A model generated the notes under the pieces. The model worked only from the letters and a program-made list of their open reading frames with translations, was not told the origin of the DNA and ran no database searches. The translations under genes were made by a program, and so were the position numbers. From an uncultured Acidimicrobiaceae bacterium (GTDB lineage: Bacteria > Actinomycetota > Acidimicrobiia > Acidimicrobiales > RAAP-2): a stretch of 64,000 bases of DNA. This document shows positions 36,940 to 46,046 of this stretch, piece after piece. The stretch lies in the NCBI GenBank assembly GCA_963833585.1, contig CAWHYF010000005.1, positions 769,774-833,773 of the forward strand, in the 5' to 3' direction. Each line of letters begins with the position of its first letter. The stretch's first letter is position 1.

Positions 36940-38208
36940 TCACGAGGCGGACTCCTCCCACCCGGCGAGTGGTGCGAACTGGGCACCGCTCACGGTGGGG
37001 ACCTCGCCGGTGTGCCCGCTGGACCGGAGCCGGAAGCTCACGTCCAGCGGCAGGCGCACCCGACCGGTGGAGCGGCCGTTGTTGGCCACCTCGAACTGGG
37101 TCACCTGGTCCTTCCAGTCGTACACCGCGGTGTCGGTGGCGCTGCGGACGCCGACGCTCACCGAGTAGGTCCCGTCCAACAGGGGCACTTCGGGGAAGAA
37201 GAACCGGACCACTCCCCCACCCTCGGGAACGTCCAGGGCGCAGAGCGGATCATCGGGGTCGGAGGCGAAGACCAGCTCGTTGGCGTCGTCATGGATGGCA
37301 ATGGTGGCCATGGCGTTGGGTACGGCGGCCAGACTGTCCAGATCCGCCGTCACGGTCAGCGACTCGCCCGGATACAGATGCTGGCGGGATCCGCTCCCCC
37401 CGTGCTCGGCCTGGACCGTCCCGATGGCGAAGACGTTGCCGGCGATCCCCCCGGACTCCGATCCCTCGAGCGTGCCCACCCCCAGCAGATCGGCCAGGTA
37501 CACCCGGATGCCCTCGCCGGCTTCGTCCACCGTGATGACACGGCCGTGGTTCATCACCATGACACGGGCGCAGTTCTGGCGGATGGTGTCGGTCCCGTGG
37601 CTCACCACCACGATGGTCCTTCCCTCGCGCTGGAATTTCTTCACGTGGTCCAGGCACTTCCGCTGGAAGTTGGCGTCCCCCACCGCCAGCACCTCGTCCA
37701 CCAGCAACACGTCGGGCTCGACGTTCACCGCCACGGCAAAGCCGAGCCGGACGTACATCCCGGAGGAGTAGAACTTGACCTGATTGTCGATGAACTCCTC
37801 GAGCTCGGCGAAGGCCACGATGTCGTCGAAGCGCTTCTCGATGTCCGAGTGGGACAGGCCGAGGAGTGAACCGTTGAGGAAGATGTTGTCCCGCCCCGAC
37901 AGATCCGGTTGGAAGCCGGCGCCCAGCTCCAACATGGCGGCCAGGCTCCCCCGGACCCGGATCTCCCCCGAGGTGGGCTTGAGGATGCCGGCGATGCACT
38001 TGAGCAGGGTCGACTTCCCGCACCCGTTGCGGCCGAGGATCCCGAACGTCTCCCCCTGGTTGATGTCGACGTTGACGTCGCGCAGGGCCCAGAACGGGGT
38101 GAACGGCATCTTCCCGCCATGGATGACCCGTTCCTTCAACGAGGTGTGCTTCTCGTTGTAGAGGCGGAACTGCTTGGAGATGTCCCGGACCTCGATGGCG
38201 ACGGCCAC
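36940..38208 (-). CDS. Polysaccharide/O-antigen-type ABC exporter ATP-binding protein with a C-terminal glycan-binding-type domain (Wzt/TagH-like)
   Basis: Walker A GRNGCGKST, signature YSSGMYVRL, Walker B LLVDEV, followed by a roughly 170-aa beta-rich extension. GTG start at 38208. Confidence 0.85.
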   Translation of the reverse strand: MAVAIEVRDISKQFRLYNEKHTSLKERVIHGGKMPFTPFWALRDVNVDINQGETFGILGRNGCGKSTLLKCIAGILKPTSGEIRVRGSLAAMLELGAGFQPDLSGRDNIFLNGSLLGLSHSDIEKRFDDIVAFAELEEFIDNQVKFYSSGMYVRLGFAVAVNVEPDVLLVDEVLAVGDANFQRKCLDHVKKFQREGRTIVVVSHGTDTIRQNCARVMVMNHGRVITVDEAGEGIRVYLADLLGVGTLEGSESGGIAGNVFAIGTVQAEHGGSGSRQHLYPGESLTVTADLDSLAAVPNAMATIAIHDDANELVFASDPDDPLCALDVPEGGGVVRFFFPEVPLLDGTYSVSVGVRSATDTAVYDWKDQVTQFEVANNGRSTGRVRLPLDVSFRLRSSGHTGEVPTVSGAQFAPLAGWEESAS

Positions 38209-38211
38209 GAT

Positions 38212-39205
38212 CTAGAGCTCCTCGGCGAAGTTGCCCTCGAGCCGGCCGAACACGATGAGGGCCAGCAGGAACAGCCCGACGCTGGCGGCCAGGACGATGC
38301 CGCCAGGCCGGCGTACGTGCCTACGCCCCAGTGGGGAGGACGTGGTACACGATGCCCTGGTAGGTGTACTGGGTCATTCCCGTAGATGGCCCGCTGGAAG
38401 GTCATGGCGATCGGGCGTGATGGGATTGCAGAGGATAGACGTACTTGCAGCCAGTTCAGGAGCCGGGTGGTCGTGGCCACCCCGGAGAGGAAGATCTGGC
38501 CGTAGGAGTAGACGATGGGGGTGGCCCAGAACCACGCCATCAGCAGGACCTCGGTGAGGTGTTGGGTGTCCCGGAGATAGACGTTGACGGCGGAGAGGAA
38601 GATGGAGACGGCGCCGGTGAAGACGATCAGGGCCACGAGGGCCAGCGGCAGGATGGCGACGAAGGTGAGGTCCGGGCGCGATCCCGAACAGCAGCATGGC
38701 GCAGCACCAAGACCACGACCTGGATGGCGAAGAGGACCATCGACACCCCGACCACCGAGAGCGCCAGCAGCTCGCGGGGAAAGGCCACTTTCTTCGACGA
38801 TGCCGGCCTTGCCCACCACCACCCGGTGGCCGACATGGCCGCCACGTTGAACAGGTTCCACACCAGCAGGCCGGCGAACAGCCAGATGGCGAAGTTGGGC
38901 TGACCGTTCTTGGCGATGATCTTGAAGACCACGTAGTAGATGGTCAGCACCAGGGCCGGGTTGAGCATCGACCAGACGTAGCCGAGGACCGAATTCTTGT
39001 ACTTGACCTTCAGCTCGGTCCTGATGAGGAGGAACAGCAGCTCACGGTTGGTCCACAGGTCCTTGAGCCTCTGGCCCAGCTGGACCTTCCCGTTGACCAC
39101 GGTGATCTGGTCATGGCTCTGGCCGGGAACGAAACGGGTGCTGCCGCCGATCGAGGAAACCCGCTCGGGCTCCGCGGCTGCGGGCTTCTCCACGCCGAGG
39201 CTCAC
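38212..39205 (-). pseudogene. ABC-2 type polysaccharide exporter permease (Wzm-like), broken by at least 5 frame disruptions
   Basis: Family-like segments are spread over all three minus frames:
- ...LKVKYKNSVLGYVWSMLNP...;
- VVVGKAGIV then KKVAFPRELLALSVVG;
- MLLFGI then DLTFVAILPLALVALIVFTGAVSIFLSAVNVYLRDTQHL...;
- NPITP then IAMTFQRAIYG;
- final ...LFLLALIVFGRLEGNFAEEL-stop at 38212.
At the NPITP/IAMTF junction the DNA reads ACG CCC g ATC. Confidence 0.75.
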
Positions 39206-39879
39206 TAGCTGGCGGCTCCCGCGCCGGCCGTCGGGACCTCCATGGCGTCCTTCTGGATCACCTCGTCGATGAACCCGTACTCACGGGCCTCGTCGGCAGT
39301 GAACCAGCGGTCGCGGTCCGAGTCGGCCTCGATGCGCTCCACCGGCTGGCCGGTGTGGAAGGCGATCCGCTCCGCCATCATGCGCTTCAGGTACATGATC
39401 TGCTCGGCCTGGATGGCGATGTCCGACGCCTGCCCCTGCATCCCCCCGGACGGCTGATGCATGAGGATCCGGCTGTGAGGGAGGGCGAACCGCTTCCCCG
39501 GGGTCCCGGCGCAGAGCAGGAACTGGCCCATCGAGGCGGCCAGTCCCACGCAGATGGTTCGCACGTCGCAGCGCACGTACTGCATGGTGTCGTAGATGGC
39601 CAGGCCATCGGTCACCGAGCCCCCCGGCGAGTTGATGTACACCGAGATGTCGCGGTCCTGGTGCTCTGCCTCGAGCAGGATCAACTGGGAGCAGACCAGG
39701 TTGGCGGTGTTCTGGTCGATGGCGGAGCCGATGAATACGATGCGCTCCTTCAGCAGGCGCTGAAAGATGTCGGAGCCGGGCCCGACGTCGGCCCCGGATT
39801 TCATCTCGAGCGAGCCTCCCACCGGGTCTGGAGTGCGGGCATGCGCGAACAGCTGACGGGTAGTCGTCCATGGGGGCAA
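39205..39879 (-). CDS. clpP: ATP-dependent Clp protease proteolytic subunit (ClpP1-like)
   Basis: Ser-His-Asp triad contexts (GLAASMGQFLL, LMHQPSGG, EADSDRDRWFTADEA). The start is uncertain: TTG at 39879 or ATG at 39804 (MKSGADVG...). The stop TAG overlaps the wzm GTG (TAGTG). Confidence 0.85.
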   Translation of the reverse strand: MPPWTTTRQLFAHARTPDPVGGSLEMKSGADVGPGSDIFQRLLKERIVFIGSAIDQNTANLVCSQLILLEAEHQDRDISVYINSPGGSVTDGLAIYDTMQYVRCDVRTICVGLAASMGQFLLCAGTPGKRFALPHSRILMHQPSGGMQGQASDIAIQAEQIMYLKRMMAERIAFHTGQPVERIEADSDRDRWFTADEAREYGFIDEVIQKDAMEVPTAGAGAAS

Positions 39880-40075
39880 AGCCTAGTGGCTGGGACCTTT
39901 CGGCGGGCGCAGGGCGGAGGTTCGGGGCGTGCGGGATGGGGGTCCGACCCACGGGCCCGCTGCCCCGCCAGGGCCGGTCGTCGAGGACACCCTGACCTGG
40001 CATTCTCGGCTACGACCGGTCCCGGGTCCTATCGGGCCGGCCCTACGACCTGCGCCCCATCACCCGGCGACGTGG

Positions 40076-41339
40076 TCACCCGGCGCTCAATGACCCGGAG
40101 CGGACGTACTCCCGGCCCGAGGCCGGCAGCACCAACCGCTTCACCCCGGTCGGCCGGCGTGGGCCCCGTTCGACCACCCCGGCGAGGAACTGCGTGTACC
40201 GGTCGATGATGGACGGCCAGCGGTAGAAGCGCTCGGTGTACGTTCGCCCGGCCTCGCCGAGGGCGCGGCGCAGCCGGTCGTCGGCCATCAAACGCTCGAC
40301 GGCGACCTCGAAGGTCCGGTACGACTCGAACCACAGCCCACCGCCCGAGCGCCGGCAGTGCTCCATGGTGGCGGCGCAGGACGCGTTGACCAGCACCGGG
40401 AGGTCGAGGGACCACGCCTCCAGCAGCACCAGCGAGAAGGACTCGTAGGCCGACGGGTTCACCATGGCCCGGGCCCCGGCCAGGATGTCCCACTTGTCCG
40501 CCTCCGACACCGTCCCGGTGGCCACGATGTCGGGGTGCCCGGGGGCCTTGTCCGAGATGGGGCCGACCATGGCCAGGGCCAGGTCGCCGGGGTGGCGCTC
40601 CTTGTACCGGGCGAAGTACTCGGCCAGCATGCCGCACCCCTTGTGCTCGTCCACGCGGCCCAGATAGCAGAGGTAGGGACGGTCGCCGAGCCCGAGGATC
40701 TCGCCCTCCCGGCCGCCCTGCGCCGGCCGGCTCGTTGACCCCCAGCCCCAGCACGATCTGGGGCGCGGCCCCGTTGCCGAAGGCGTACTCCATGAGATCC
40801 CGTTCGGCCTGGGTGTGGTAGACGAAACCGTCCACATGGCGGAAGCTCTGGCGGAATGCCGACAGGTAGAGGGCGGGCTCGTCGTGTGCCGCCGGATGGA
40901 GCACGGTGGGTACCGGGGACACGGCGATCCCGTCGACCGTGGTGGCGAAGAGATAGGGATAGCAGGCCACCACGTCGGCGTCGGTGGCGGAGACCGCGTC
41001 GACCAGGCCCGGGCACATCGGGCCGTTGAGGGCCACCCAGCGCCGCGCCTCGGCCAGGCCGACCGCGGTCGGGGCCAGGCGGATCTTGGCGTCGAGGTCG
41101 AAGTAGTCGAGCTGCCGCTGGCCGGCCGTCGGGAACCGGTGCACGGTCACCCCGTTGAGGGTGGAGGTGCCCGGAGGCTCGGTGTTCTGCCAGGTGAGAT
41201 GATCCATGGCGCAGCTGGTGAGGACCTCGACCTGCCACCCTGGCCGCTGGCAGAGGCGCTCGGCCAGCATCCGGGCCGCCGTCTCGGCCCCGCCGATCAC
41301 CTCGGTCCCGTAGCGCGGCGTGACGAAGGCCAGCTTCAC
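40076..41339 (-). pseudogene. Glycosyltransferase (GT4-like) with one frameshift near 40705-40730
   Basis: The N-terminal half (GTG at 41339, VKLAFVTPRYGTEVIGGAETAARML...) is in ORF 40029..42104. The C-terminal half (...GDRPYLCYLGRVDEHKGC...NPSAYESFSLVLLEAW...) is in ORF 40076..40837. The switch falls in a G-rich run. Confidence 0.75.
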
Positions 41340-41389
41340 GAGCCCGTTTCGTCCCCCGGTCGCCCGAGGCCGCCCGGCGCCGACGGCGA

Positions 41390-42522
41390 TCACCGCTCGC
41401 GGACGGCGACCAGCAGGTACTCGCCCGGCCCGAGCAATGCTTGGTTGAGGACGTCGATGGCCGCGTTGATGGCCGCGGCGTCGGGGTTGGCCGGCGCCAC
41501 GTGGTCCAGCCGGCGGTCGGTGCCCCCGTAGGTGACCCGATCCACCCGGAGCCCCTGGTCGGCGAGGAGCCGGGTCCAGGTCTCGGCGTGGAGGGGACGG
41601 CCCGGGGCCAGGTCGCTGATCACCGGCGAGATGCCGGCCATCCACGACTCCGGGGTGGCGGAGTGGAGGACGAGCACTCCACCGACGGCGAGGCGTGCCG
41701 CGGTCGACCGCACCAGGCGATCCCGCTCGTTGGCGTGGAGCCACTGGACCGATCCGGTCACGACCATCCCGGACAGGGCGTCGTCGGCCACCACCTCGAG
41801 GTGGGCCAGGAGGGCCTCCGCCCGGACGTCCAGCCCTCGGGAGAGGGGCGCTTCGACCGCCGACTCGCTGGGGTCCACGCCGTAGGCATCGACACCCGCG
41901 GCGACCAGGGCGTCGAGCAGGGTCCCGGTTCCGCAGTCGGCGTGGAGCACCCGTCCCCGGACTCCCGGAGAGTGCCGCGAGCGGCCTCCGGGGCCCACCA
42001 CGAGGCGCCGGGGTCGGACGACGGCACCACCGCAGCCGGGAGCGGCGGCGTGCGCTGGACCTCCACCGCCGCCTCGAGGTCCTCCACGTGGTCCACGACC
42101 ACATGGAGCATGCGCGACACCGACCAGGCGAACTTCACGATCTGGTGGACGATGAACCCGATGTACCAGCCCATCGACTTGCGGATGAGGCGCTTCACAT
42201 AGGTCCCGACCGCCTTCTGCGACGCCACCGGGACGGCGATGTCCACGTAGGCGGACCGGTCCACCAGGGACAGCGTCTCGCGCAGTCGGGCCTTGCCGTG
42301 CAGTCCGATCGGCGAGAACTCGAGGAACAGCTCGTCGAGCTCCTGCTCGAGGCCGGCGGGAAGGTCACCCGACGCCCGGCGCCGTCTGACCTCGGCGTCG
42401 ATCTCCGCCATCACCTCGTCCAGATAGCGGACCCGGTCGGGAGGATCGTCCGCCGGCCCGCCGGCGGACGGGAGGGGCCGGTCCGGGACCACCGAGGGCG
42501 TCGAAGGCTGCGCTGGTGGCAC
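41390..42522 (-). pseudogene. Class I SAM-dependent methyltransferase with a helical N-terminal domain, frameshifted near 41960-41990
   Basis: The N-terminal domain is in ORF 41758..42522 up to ...DPGASWWAPEAA. The methyltransferase core (RVLHADCGTGTLL...) is in ORF 41390..42001. Confidence 0.65.
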
Positions 42523-42630
42523 AGGGTGACTATAGCCAGGGCCCCACCGGATCCCCGTGATGGCGTCCGGCGCCGGTGGCCGATCGGCTCCCCGGTGCGC
42601 GGTGGTGCCGTTCGGTAGGCTGGCGGCGCC

Positions 42631-42712
42631 GCGGGCGTGGCGGAATTGGCAGACGCGCCGGGTTTAGGTCCCGGTCCCTTCGGGGATGGAGGTTCGAGTC
42701 CTCTCGCCCGCA
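42631..42712 (+). tRNA. tRNA-Leu (anticodon UAG)
   Basis: Hand-folded cloverleaf:
- acceptor GCGGGCG/CGCCCGC plus discriminator A;
- anticodon stem CCGGG/CCCGG with loop TTTAGGT;
- long variable arm TCCCTTCGGGGAT;
- T-arm GGAGG-TTCGAGT-CCTCT. Confidence 0.9.
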
Positions 42713-42772
42713 CGTTCGATTCCCCGAGCCTCCGGTGCCCTTGTCGAGCGCGCGATCCGACGGTGTTAGCTG

Positions 42773-43207
42773 GTGTCCGTGCCTCTCGACGGTGAGTACG
42801 AACCGAGCGCGGCCCAGTGGGTCCGCGACCAGGTCGACCTCTACGAGCGGTCGGGCGGCCTCGAGGGGACCACGCTCCGCGACCTGCCGGTGGTCATCCT
42901 CACCAGCCGGGGAGCCTCCTCCGGCAAGCTGCGCAAGACACCGCTGATGCGGGTGGAGCACGACGGCACCTACGCCGTGGTGGCGTCCCAGGGCGGTGCC
43001 CCCACCCATCCGCTCTGGTACTTCAACCTGAAGGCCGATCCCCACGTCGAGCTGCAGGACGGTCCGGAGAAGTCCGACCGGACGGCCCGCGAGGTCACCG
43101 GGGACGAGAAGGCGATCTGGTGGGAGCGGGCCGTGGCCGCCTATCCGGACTACGCCGACTACCAGGACCGCACCGAGCGTCAGATCCCGGTCTTCGTCCT
43201 GGAGTAG
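42773..43207 (+). CDS. Deazaflavin (F420)-dependent nitroreductase-family oxidoreductase (Ddn-like)
   Basis: 144 aa with ...[37 protein letters not shown]...IPVFVLE, typical of the split beta-barrel FDOR-A family. GTG start. Confidence 0.8.
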   Translation: MSVPLDGEYEPSAAQWVRDQVDLYERSGGLEGTTLRDLPVVILTSRGASSGKLRKTPLMRVEHDGTYAVVASQGGAPTHPLWYFNLKADPHVELQDGPEKSDRTAREVTGDEKAIWWERAVAAYPDYADYQDRTERQIPVFVLE

Positions 43208-43210
43208 CGC

Positions 43211-43243
43211 CGGGTCGCGGGTCCGGGCTCCCGACCCGACCCG
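43211..43243. terminator. Hairpin between convergent genes (candidate bidirectional terminator)
   Basis: CGGGTCGcGGGTC ... GACCCGACCCG forms a 12-bp stem with one bulge and a 9-nt loop, between the stops at 43207 (+) and 43254 (-). Confidence 0.35.
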
Positions 43244-43253
43244 GGATCGGGAC

Positions 43254-44174
43254 TCAGGCCGGCTTCTGGATCAGCAGGGCCAGCAGGTAGCAGCCGGCGG
43301 CGTCGTAGTAGATGCCCCGGTTGGCGGCCAGGGCGGTCCGGTCGAACTCGCCGCGGGCCACGGCGGACCCGCCCCAGTTGAGGCCCCGCTCGGTGAGCAC
43401 GGTGAAACCGGCCGCAGTGACCTTGTCCCGGAGCTCGGGCAGCGTGTACTCCACCTTGTGGTCGGGATCGATGAAGGAGGACTGCTGCAAACGGCAGACC
43501 ACTCCGTTGGGCGTGTCGATGGCCATGAAACCCCCGGGCCTGAGCACCCGGAACGACTCCTTCAGGACGACGTCCCCGTCCTCCACGGTCACGTGCTCGA
43601 TGGACTGGCCGCTGTAGATCAGGTCCACCGACTCGTCCTCGGCAAACGACAGGTCGGCCATGGACCGGTACTCGTAGCGGACCAGGCCCCGATCGGTCCG
43701 GTTGGTCCCGAAGCGCTCCGAGTGGTAGAGCGGGTGCCGATCGTCGGGGGGAAGGTCGACGATCACCAACTCGTCGAAGTCGTAGGGATAGCCCAACGCC
43801 ACCAGTGCGCCACGGGCATCCCACGTGGCCCCCCCGCCCAGGTCGACGATGCGCCGGGCCGGGGGCAGCCCGATGATGAACTCGCTCCGGCTGGCGTGGA
43901 GGGACACGTGCAGGCCGGCGGACAGGATGGGCACCTGGGTCCGGTACTCACTCGAGGCGCGCACCCGGTCGACCAGGTCGGCGTGGGTCAGCTCCCCTCT
44001 GGCCATGCCCTCGGCCTGCTCGGTCCAGGCCGGTTCGTCGGGCTCGCGGCGGAGCAGCACGTTGTAGGCCATCCGGACGGCCTCGCGGGGTGGCAGCTGC
44101 TGGAAGGAGAGGGCGGCCCAGCGGGTGGCCTCGCGCCTGGCCTTGCGTTCGACCCGGTGGAGCTGGGGCGCCAC
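43254..44174 (-). CDS. Class I SAM-dependent methyltransferase with an N-terminal DUF4214-like segment
   Basis: SAM motif IVDLGGGA...VDLIYSGQSIEHV...LRPGGFMAID. The N-terminal segment YNVLLRREPDEPAWTEQAEGM...LVDRVRASSEY resembles DUF4214. Confidence 0.7.
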   Translation of the reverse strand: MAPQLHRVERKARREATRWAALSFQQLPPREAVRMAYNVLLRREPDEPAWTEQAEGMARGELTHADLVDRVRASSEYRTQVPILSAGLHVSLHASRSEFIIGLPPARRIVDLGGGATWDARGALVALGYPYDFDELVIVDLPPDDRHPLYHSERFGTNRTDRGLVRYEYRSMADLSFAEDESVDLIYSGQSIEHVTVEDGDVVLKESFRVLRPGGFMAIDTPNGVVCRLQQSSFIDPDHKVEYTLPELRDKVTAAGFTVLTERGLNWGGSAVARGEFDRTALAANRGIYYDAAGCYLLALLIQKPA

Positions 44175-44552
44175 CCCCCGCAGCGCCCGGCCGACCGATC
44201 CCGTCGGTCACCGGGTCCGGGTGGTCCACCTGGTCCACCGCCGGGTCCATGACCGCTCACATCGTCTCCGTTCACCTGTGCCGACCCGAGCGAATGTACC
44301 ATCGCGCTCCCCGCCCCCCGCCGTCGGACCGCTCCGCCCGGGCCGGTCTTGCCGACCGGGCCGGTTTCGGCCATGCTTCCCCGGTTCCGCTCCCACACTC
44401 CACCGCCGGCCGGCGCGACGGACACGGTGGGGGAGATCGGGGGACCCGGGCCCCGAGCGGGCCGGTGGACGGAGCACCACGGGCGCCGCGCCGACACGGG
44501 TCCCGCTCCGGCTGCAGGGAGCCCGGGCGCCAAGACCTGGCAACGACCGACA

Positions 44553-44580
44553 GAGCGATCAGACACGAGCGATCAGACAC
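44553..44580. repeat. Perfect tandem duplication, 14-bp unit GAGCGATCAGACAC x 2
   Basis: Copies at 44553-44566 and 44567-44580 are identical and directly abut the AGGAGGA ribosome-binding site of the SDR gene. Confidence 0.9.
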
Positions 44581-44591
44581 AGGAGGACATC

Positions 44592-45495
44592 ATGGGAGTA
44601 CTCGACGGCAAGGTGGCGATCGTCACCGGTGCAGGACGGGGGATCGGACGGGAAGAAGCCCTGCTGCTGGCCTCCGAGGGCGCCAAGGTCATCGTGAACG
44701 ACGTCGGGGCGTCCCTCCAGGGCCAGGGCGGTGACAAACACCCGGCGGAAGAGGTCGTCGAGCAGATCAAGGCCGCGGGCAGCGATGGAGCGGTCAACGC
44801 CTCGGACGTCAGTTCATGGCAGGGGGCCAAGGAGCTGATCGATCAGGCCGTCGAGACGTTCGGCCAGCTCGACATCCTGGTCAACAACGCCGGCATCCTC
44901 CGGGACAAGATGAGCTTCAACATGGAGGAGTCCGACTGGGACGACGTGATCCGGGTGCACCTGAAGGGTCACTTCGCCCCGTCCCACCACGCCGCCGTGT
45001 ACTGGAGGAACCGGGCCAAGGCCGGTGAGACGGTCAGCGCCCGCATCATCAACACGTCCTCGGAGGCCGGGCTGTACGGAAATGCCGGCCAGGCCAACTA
45101 CTCGGCCGCCAAAGCCGGCATCGCCTCATTGACCTGGGTCCTGGCCCGGGAGCTCGAGCGGTACGGGGTGACCGTGAACTCCATCTCGCCCCGGGCCCGT
45201 ACCCGGATGACCGAGACCCTGTTCGGTGAGATGGCCAAGGCCGACGAGGGCTTCGACGAGTGGGACCCGCGGAACATCGCCCAGCTGGTGGCCTTCCTGG
45301 CCTCGGACGCCGCCTCCGACGTCACCGGCCAGAACTTCGTGGTGTTCGGCGGGAACGTCTGGGCCATGGGCGGATTCCACCCGGTGGGCGAGCTGCACCG
45401 CGACTCCATGTGGACCCCCGAGCGAGCTGGCCGGGGCCAAGGGTGAACTGTTCAAGGAGGTCTCCTCGGGCCTGCCCAAGTTCAGCTTCTTCTGA
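44592..45495 (+). CDS. SDR-family oxidoreductase (3-hydroxyacyl-CoA / 3-oxoacyl reductase-like); 3' end shifted by one extra C in a C5 run at 45415-45419
   Basis: ATG at 44592 after AGGAGGA. TGAGRGIG Rossmann motif, NNAG, and catalytic S...YxxxK (YSAAK). As written the frame stops at 45446. Removing one C restores ...MWTPSELAGAKGELFKEVSSGLPKFSFF-stop at 45495. Confidence 0.8.
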
Positions 45496-45523
45496 GCCCC
45501 CACCAGGGCCGGAGGTCGGTCGG

Positions 45524-45955
45524 TCAGGCCCTGGAGGGCACCACCGCGGTGGCCTCGCCGACCACCTTCTCCTCGCCCTCGGCGTTCTGCAGCCGGACGT
45601 CCAGGTCGATCAGGTGGTCGGCGCCCTCGGTGCGTTTCCCGGTGACCACGATCTTCGTACGGAGCTCCTCGTCGGGCCAGGTCTGCTTGGCGAACCGGGC
45701 CCGATAGCGGCGGACGTTGCCGACGCCCACGTAGTCGGTCAGGGCCGTCCCGAGAAAGCCCATGGAGAACATGCCGTGCCCGAACACACTGGGCTGGCCG
45801 GCCTGGGTGGCCTTCACCTCGTCGTGGTGCATGGGGTTGTAGTCGCCCGACGCGCCGGCGTACATCACCAGATCCGTCCGGGTCAGGACCCGAGCGAGTT
45901 CAGGCGCCTCGTCCCCCTCCTTGACGTCCTCGAAATACAGAACCTGGTCAGACAT
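45524..45955 (-). CDS. MaoC-like (R)-specific enoyl-CoA hydratase, hot-dog fold
   Basis: 143 aa with the YAGASGDYNPMHHD hydratase-2 motif. Confidence 0.85.
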   Translation of the reverse strand: MSDQVLYFEDVKEGDEAPELARVLTRTDLVMYAGASGDYNPMHHDEVKATQAGQPSVFGHGMFSMGFLGTALTDYVGVGNVRRYRARFAKQTWPDEELRTKIVVTGKRTEGADHLIDLDVRLQNAEGEEKVVGEATAVVPSRA

Positions 45956-46046
45956 GGTCCCGTCCTCCCTTCCCCGGCCACCCGCGGTGGCCCGTCTGGT
46001 CGTTCATCCTCTCACCGCCCGCCCTTCAGTCGCTGTCCTCGCACCT

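Noticed and set aside
42631-44174. tRNA-Leu as the integration site of a genomic island.
   Set aside because: There is no integrase, recombinase or phage gene on either side. I could not find a direct repeat of the tRNA 3' end nearby. The flanking genes show the same GC richness and codon style as the rest of the window.
44175-44552. A hidden gene or structured RNA in the 417-nt gap between the methyltransferase and the SDR gene.
   Set aside because: All six frames give only Arg/Pro/Gly-rich shadow ORFs, and I recognise no riboswitch or small-RNA signature. This remains unresolved rather than called; only the terminal 14-bp duplication is reported.
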